Origin: an uncultured bacterium
GTDB taxonomy: Bacteria > Actinomycetota > Acidimicrobiia > Spongiisociales > UBA5794
Length of the DNA stretch: 64,000 nt
Direction of reading: 5' to 3'
Assembly: GCA_963801165.1 (NCBI GenBank)
Contig: CAWDDT010000006.1
Location: forward strand, 96,001 to 160,000
A program made the position numbers and the translations under genes. The notes under the pieces were generated by a model, which searched no databases, was not told the DNA's origin, and saw nothing but the letters and a program-made list of their open reading frames with translations. Position 1 is the stretch's first letter; each line of letters begins with the position of its first letter. Positions 59,566 to 64,000 of the stretch are shown here, one piece after another.

Positions 59566-60257
59566 ATCGTCTCATCGTTGCCCTCGATCTGGGATCGGCA
59601 GAGGAGGCAGTTCGGCTCGCCAAGAAGCTGGAGCCCTACGTGGGAGCGTTCAAGGTGGGTCTCGGCTTGCTGTACGGGGCCGGCCCCGGGATCGCTGCGG
59701 CGCTCGTGGACATCGGCAAGCCGGTATTCGCCGATGCCAAGCTGCACGACATTCCGAGCCAGGTAGGTGCGGGCGCTCGTCAGCTCGGTAGGGTCGGGGT
59801 CCGCTGGGTCACAGCGCATGTATCCGGGGGTGAGGCCATGCTGCGCGCAGCGGTGGAAGGGCTCGGCGAGACGTCGAATGGCTATGCCGGGGTGCTCGGG
59901 GTCACGGTGCTGACCAGCCTCGATACCCCCGATCTGAACGCGCTCGGGATCGGCTCGACGCCCGGCAAATTGGTCTCGAAGATGGCCCGGGTTGCCGACA
60001 GCGCAGGCTGCGAGGGAGTCGTCTGCTCGCCGCAGGAGCTGACCGTGGTTGCGAGCGTCGCCCCCGGGATGACCAGAGTGACCCCGGGAGTACGTCCGCC
60101 GGGCGCAGCAGTGTCCGACCAGAGACGGGTCATGTCGCCGGGCGAGGCGATCAGCAGGGGCGCCGATTGGCTTGTGGTGGGACGACCCATAACCGGGGCG
60201 ACGGACCCGGTCGCCGCAGTGGCCGAGCTGGCCGCAGCGATGGTGATACCGGGCTGA
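59559..60257 (+). CDS. pyrF: Orotidine-5'-phosphate decarboxylase
   Basis: LIVALD, DAKLHDIP, VTVLTS, TPGVR, DQRR, VVGRPI. Confidence 0.95.
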   Translation: MVNRLIVALDLGSAEEAVRLAKKLEPYVGAFKVGLGLLYGAGPGIAAALVDIGKPVFADAKLHDIPSQVGAGARQLGRVGVRWVTAHVSGGEAMLRAAVEGLGETSNGYAGVLGVTVLTSLDTPDLNALGIGSTPGKLVSKMARVADSAGCEGVVCSPQELTVVASVAPGMTRVTPGVRPPGAAVSDQRRVMSPGEAISRGADWLVVGRPITGATDPVAAVAELAAAMVIPG

Positions 60258-60305
60258 ACGGCCCGGTGTTGATAGAGTTGTGGCGCCGTCAGCAGAGGAG
60301 GGCCG

Positions 60306-60614
60306 ATGCCAGCACCCAAGATGACCGCCGAGGAGCGCACCGCGGCGCTGGCCCGCGCCGGTGAGGCGCGTCGGGTGCGCGCCGAGATCAAGCAATTGCT
60401 CAAGACCGGGACCTTGACTCTGGCCGAAGTCTTCGAACGTGCAGACGATGACGATCTCGTGGCGGGCATCAAGGTCGGGCCGCTGATCGTTTCCATGCCC
60501 CACATGGGCAAGGTGAAGGCGATGCGGCTTCTCGAGGGGCTGGGGATCGACGGCGGCAAGAGGTTGCGTGCGCTCGGCACCCGGCAGCGAGAGAACCTGC
60601 TCGCTTCTTTTTAA
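60306..60614 (+). CDS. mihF: Actinobacterial integration host factor (mIHF)
   Basis: ERTAALARAGEARRVRAEIKQLLKTG...MPHMGKVKA...RLRALGTRQ; pyrF-mihF-gmk synteny. Confidence 0.88.
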   Translation: MPAPKMTAEERTAALARAGEARRVRAEIKQLLKTGTLTLAEVFERADDDDLVAGIKVGPLIVSMPHMGKVKAMRLLEGLGIDGGKRLRALGTRQRENLLASF

Positions 60615-60622
60615 TTGCGCCC

Positions 60623-61204
60623 GTGACCGCTCCGGGCAAGACCGAAAGAGGTCGGCTTCTCGTTATCTCAGGCCCATCCGGGGTGGGCAAATCGAGTGTG
60701 GTGCACGCTCTCGCCCAGCGGGTGGGCTTTCATTTCTCCGTCTCCTGGACGACCCGGGGTGAGCGTCCTGGTGAGGTCGACGGCGTCGACTACGTCTTTG
60801 TTGATCGAGAGACTTTCGAGAAGGGGATCGCCAACGGGAACTTTCTCGAGTGGGCGGAGTACTCGGGGCACCTCTACGGAACCCCGCGCGCTGCGGTCCT
60901 GGATCATCTCGAGAGGGGTGAGCATGTGCTGCTCGACATCGAGAACGACGGGGCGCGACAGGTCAAGACCGCATATCCGGACGCCGTTCTCGTCTTCATA
61001 CTCCCCCCGTCCCCCGGGGAGTTGGAGAGACGGCTGCGGGCACGAGGTGACACCGCCGAGGAAGACATCAGAAAGCGGCTCGCGGTGGCCGAGGCGCAGA
61101 TCGACGACGCGCGGACCACATTTGACTATCGGGTCACCAACACGGCGATAGGCGCCGCCGCGGACGAGATTGTCTCTATACTGACGCTCGGAGACGGTCG
61201 CTGA
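60623..61204 (+). CDS. gmk: Guanylate kinase
   Basis: SGPSGVGKS, SVSWTTR..RPGEVDGVDY, YGTP. Confidence 0.96.
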   Translation: MTAPGKTERGRLLVISGPSGVGKSSVVHALAQRVGFHFSVSWTTRGERPGEVDGVDYVFVDRETFEKGIANGNFLEWAEYSGHLYGTPRAAVLDHLERGEHVLLDIENDGARQVKTAYPDAVLVFILPPSPGELERRLRARGDTAEEDIRKRLAVAEAQIDDARTTFDYRVTNTAIGAAADEIVSILTLGDGR

Positions 61205-61238
61205 CCGTCTGTTCCATCACGTAGGAGCGCCCCTCAGG

Positions 61239-61466
61239 ATGATTCAACCACCAATCGGCCGCGTACTTTCGAAGACCAACTCACGCTTTGCGCTCGTCGT
61301 TCTGTCGGCACGGCGCGCACGGCAGATCAACGCCTACTTCAACCAACTGGGTGAGGGTCTTGGCGGATATGTGCCGCCCCAGGTGCACTCGATGTCACGC
61401 AAGCCCCTGTCGATTGCCTTCGAAGAGATCGACAACGACAAGGTCGTCATCGAAACCGAGGAGTAG
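61239..61466 (+). CDS. rpoZ: RNA polymerase subunit omega
   Basis: SRFALVVLSARRARQIN...KPLSIAFEEI. Confidence 0.93.
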   Translation: MIQPPIGRVLSKTNSRFALVVLSARRARQINAYFNQLGEGLGGYVPPQVHSMSRKPLSIAFEEIDNDKVVIETEE

Positions 61467-61469
61467 GCG

Positions 61470-62651
61470 ATGCTCAGCGGGCGCCGGGTAGTCTTGGGGA
61501 TCTCCGGCGGTGTCGCCGCCTACAAGGCCGCCTACCTCGCTCGCCGTCTTATCGAGGCGGGTGCGCGCGTGCGTTGCATCATGACGGACTCCGCCACTGA
61601 GTTCCTCGGAGCGCAGACACTGGCAGCCATCACGGGCGAATACCCGGTGCTCCAGTTCTTCGACGAACCCGATGTCAGCCCGCATACGACCCTGGGGCAA
61701 TGGGCCGAAGCTATGGTCGTCGCCCCGGCGACCGCCGGAACGTTGGCGAAGCTGGCGGCCGGCCTTTCCGACAATGTACTGGTCGCCACAGCTCTCGCTA
61801 CCGAAGCACCGCTGGTGGTGGCTCCGGCGATGCACACCGAGATGTGGGAAAAGCCGGTGACACAACGGAATGTTGCCCGGCTGCGCGAGGACGGGGTAAT
61901 CGTGGTCGGCCCCGAGACGGGGGAGCTGGCGGGTGGTGACGTGGGGCCGGGACGTATGGCGGAGCCGGAGCAGATCGTCGCCGCGGTCGTGGGTTCTCTA
62001 CAGAGGGATTTGGAGGGATGGAAGGTGCTGGTGACTGCCGGCGGTACCCGTGAGCCGATCGATCCCGTTCGGTATATAGGCAATCGTTCCTCGGGGAAGA
62101 TGGGTAGCGCCATTGCACTGGTTGCGGCGCGACGCGGCGCCAGGGTCGTTCTGGTTTCCACGGTCGAGGCACCGGTGCATCCAAACATCGAGTTGATCGA
62201 TGTCGAGACCGCAGGTGAGATGGCAGACGCCGTATGGGCGCGTGTGGAGGACATCGACGTCGCGGTGATGGCGGCGGCAGTGGCGGACTTCCGCCCCCGA
62301 GATCCCGGTCAGCAGAAGCTCAAGCGCGACGCCGGGCCTCCGCACCTCGAACTGGAGGCCACCCCCGACATCCTGGCCGGCATAGCGGCCAGGGAGCACC
62401 GGCCGTATCTGATCGGATTCGCCGCCGAAACCGGATCCCTCGACGGCGCAGCCCACAAGGCGGTAGCCAAGGGCGTTGATTTGCTCGTCGGCAACGACGT
62501 GACTCGAGCAGGGTCAGGATTCGCTACGGACACCAACGAGGTGACCGTGTACACGCCGGACGGTCGTGCTGATAGCTGGCCGATTCTCTCCAAAATGGAG
62601 GTGGCGGAGCGGCTGTGGGATCGAGTCCAGGCCGCCTACGAGGGTGACTGA
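61470..62651 (+). CDS. coaBC: Phosphopantothenoylcysteine decarboxylase/ligase CoaBC
   Basis: GGVAAYK, APAMHTEMW, TAGGTREPIDPVRYIGNRSSGKMG, GFAAET. Confidence 0.96.
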   Translation: MLSGRRVVLGISGGVAAYKAAYLARRLIEAGARVRCIMTDSATEFLGAQTLAAITGEYPVLQFFDEPDVSPHTTLGQWAEAMVVAPATAGTLAKLAAGLSDNVLVATALATEAPLVVAPAMHTEMWEKPVTQRNVARLREDGVIVVGPETGELAGGDVGPGRMAEPEQIVAAVVGSLQRDLEGWKVLVTAGGTREPIDPVRYIGNRSSGKMGSAIALVAARRGARVVLVSTVEAPVHPNIELIDVETAGEMADAVWARVEDIDVAVMAAAVADFRPRDPGQQKLKRDAGPPHLELEATPDILAGIAAREHRPYLIGFAAETGSLDGAAHKAVAKGVDLLVGNDVTRAGSGFATDTNEVTVYTPDGRADSWPILSKMEVAERLWDRVQAAYEGD

Positions 62652-64000
62652 GTCGTCGGAGCGTATCGCCCAGGTGGTGCCGGATTTGGCCACGTTCGCC
62701 GTTGACGACGGCTTCGCCTACCGGGTCCCTCCCGAGATGGACGGTCTCACAGTGGGTTCGCTGGTCCGGGTACCGCTGGGGGCACGGCGGGTGCGCGGCT
62801 ATGTCGTCTCGACAAGAACCGGCCCGGTCGCCGGTCTCAAGCCGGTGATCTCGATCTCGGGGGATCACCCGGCATACGACGAGCGGTTGCTGCAGACGTT
62901 GCGGTGGGCCGCACTCCATTACGTTGCGCCACTGGCTGTCTTGCTCGGGCGTTCCACACCGCCGAACCTGCCTAGAGGGAAAGGAAGGCCGCCGACTTCG
63001 CCATTGCCCGAGCTCTCGTCGCCGCTGCCTGCGGTCAGTGCAGCTGCGTCTTCGGGGATTCATAGTCGGCCCACCTGTCTCCTGACCGCGGCCCCGTATG
63101 CAGGCACCGTGGGCGGTCTGGCTCGCGACCCGATGGCATCGGACAGGAACGTGGCTGTGGTCGTTCCCACAATCGAGGAGGCAACGAGCCTGGCCACCGA
63201 GCTGCGGGCAAGCCTGGGAGACCGCGTGCTTGCAGTCTCGTCGGCACTCCCGGCGAGCGAGGCAACCCGGCACTGGGTGACCGCGGCGACGCAGGTGGGC
63301 TCGCTCATAGTGGGGACGCCTGAGATCGCACTTTGGCCCTTGGGCACGCCGGCATTGTGGATTGTGGTTGAGGAGGCGAGGCGCGCCATGAAGTCGAAGC
63401 AGACACCGACTCTCCAGGTGCGAGATCTGGTCAGGCGGCGGGCTCTGGTCGAGCGTTCGGCAGTGGTATTCCTGGGCCCGGTGCCTACCGTCGACACCCT
63501 GGCGCGTGGAGCCGAGGTAGTGGAGCCGCCGGGGCGAGTCTGGCCGCTGGTCGAGCTGGTAGACAGACGGGAGGAGCCGCCCAGTGGGCGCCCGTTGGCG
63601 GGAAGGACGATCCAGGCAATAGCACAGGCCGTCAAACGCGGCGGGAGGGTGTTTGTCTTCGTGTCGCGGCGGGGCTATGCACCGGCGTTTCGCTGTGTCC
63701 GCTGTCGCGAGTTGCGACGATGCCCCGTGTGCGGTGCGGGACCAGATCGGGCGGACACATGCCGCCGATGCGGCACACAGCTCGGTCCGTGTACGAAGTG
63801 CGGTGGCAGGCGATTCGAGCCCCTCGGGGCGGCGTTGGGGCGCGTGACCGAACAACTCCAGAAGAGGTTCGGCGCAGACGTCGCCGACCAGACCCCCGAT
63901 CGGCAGATCGTCGTGGGAACCGAGCGGGACCTGCCCGCGGTACCGGAAACGGCGCTCTCGGTGGCGGTCGACGCGGATTCACTGCTCCTGGCGCCGCACT
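62644..64000 (+). CDS. priA: Primosomal protein N' (PriA), 3' end outside the window
   Basis: Translated by hand from GTG 62644: FAYRVP..VGSLVRVPLGARRVRGYV N-domain; RRGYAP followed by CVRC, CPVC, CRRC, CTKC zinc cluster. Confidence 0.85.
   Translation, partial: MTESSERIAQVVPDLATFAVDDGFAYRVPPEMDGLTVGSLVRVPLGARRVRGYVVSTRTGPVAGLKPVISISGDHPAYDERLLQTLRWAALHYVAPLAVLLGRSTPPNLPRGKGRPPTSPLPELSSPLPAVSAAASSGIHSRPTCLLTAAPYAGTVGGLARDPMASDRNVAVVVPTIEEATSLATELRASLGDRVLAVSSALPASEATRHWVTAATQVGSLIVGTPEIALWPLGTPALWIVVEEARRAMKSKQTPTLQVRDLVRRRALVERSAVVFLGPVPTVDTLARGAEVVEPPGRVWPLVELVDRREEPPSGRPLAGRTIQAIAQAVKRGGRVFVFVSRRGYAPAFRCVRCRELRRCPVCGAGPDRADTCRRCGTQLGPCTKCGGRRFEPLGAALGRVTEQLQKRFGADVADQTPDRQIVVGTERDLPAVPETALSVAVDADSLLLAPH

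Overview
GC-rich actinobacterial chromosome segment, most likely Acidimicrobiia (inferred from mIHF, mshD, the pgsA-patA-pimA cluster and the form of rpoZ). About 15-64 kb is mostly conserved housekeeping: thrS, gltA, PIM biosynthesis, pdxST, yebC-ruvCAB, queA-tgt-yajC-secDF-apt-rel, aspS-rarA-hisS-alaS-ruvX-mltG-aroE, aroC-aroB-pepQ-efp-nusB, pyrRBCDF, mihF-gmk-rpoZ-coaBC-priA. The first 15 kb is more accessory: an AhpD-like selenoprotein, a C1 block (fhs, metF, metV, RACo remnant), an LLM oxidoreductase, HtrA, Flp pilin, DivIVA, patatin, mshD and an APH-like protein. I saw no tRNA, rRNA, CRISPR array or transposase. Main signals: (1) an in-frame UGA in a C-F-Y-U-T motif with a SECIS-like hairpin joins two ORFs into one selenoprotein; (2) a nearly fully paired ~118-nt four-way-junction RNA sits in the leader of pgsA-patA-pimA and matches no RNA class I recognise; (3) many unrelated short tandem arrays lie at gene ends, three containing the stop codon; (4) a RACo gene remnant overlaps the end of metF; (5) the pyr leader combines a PyrR site, a short ORF and a terminator. 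Frameshifts in queA and secD may be sequencing errors.
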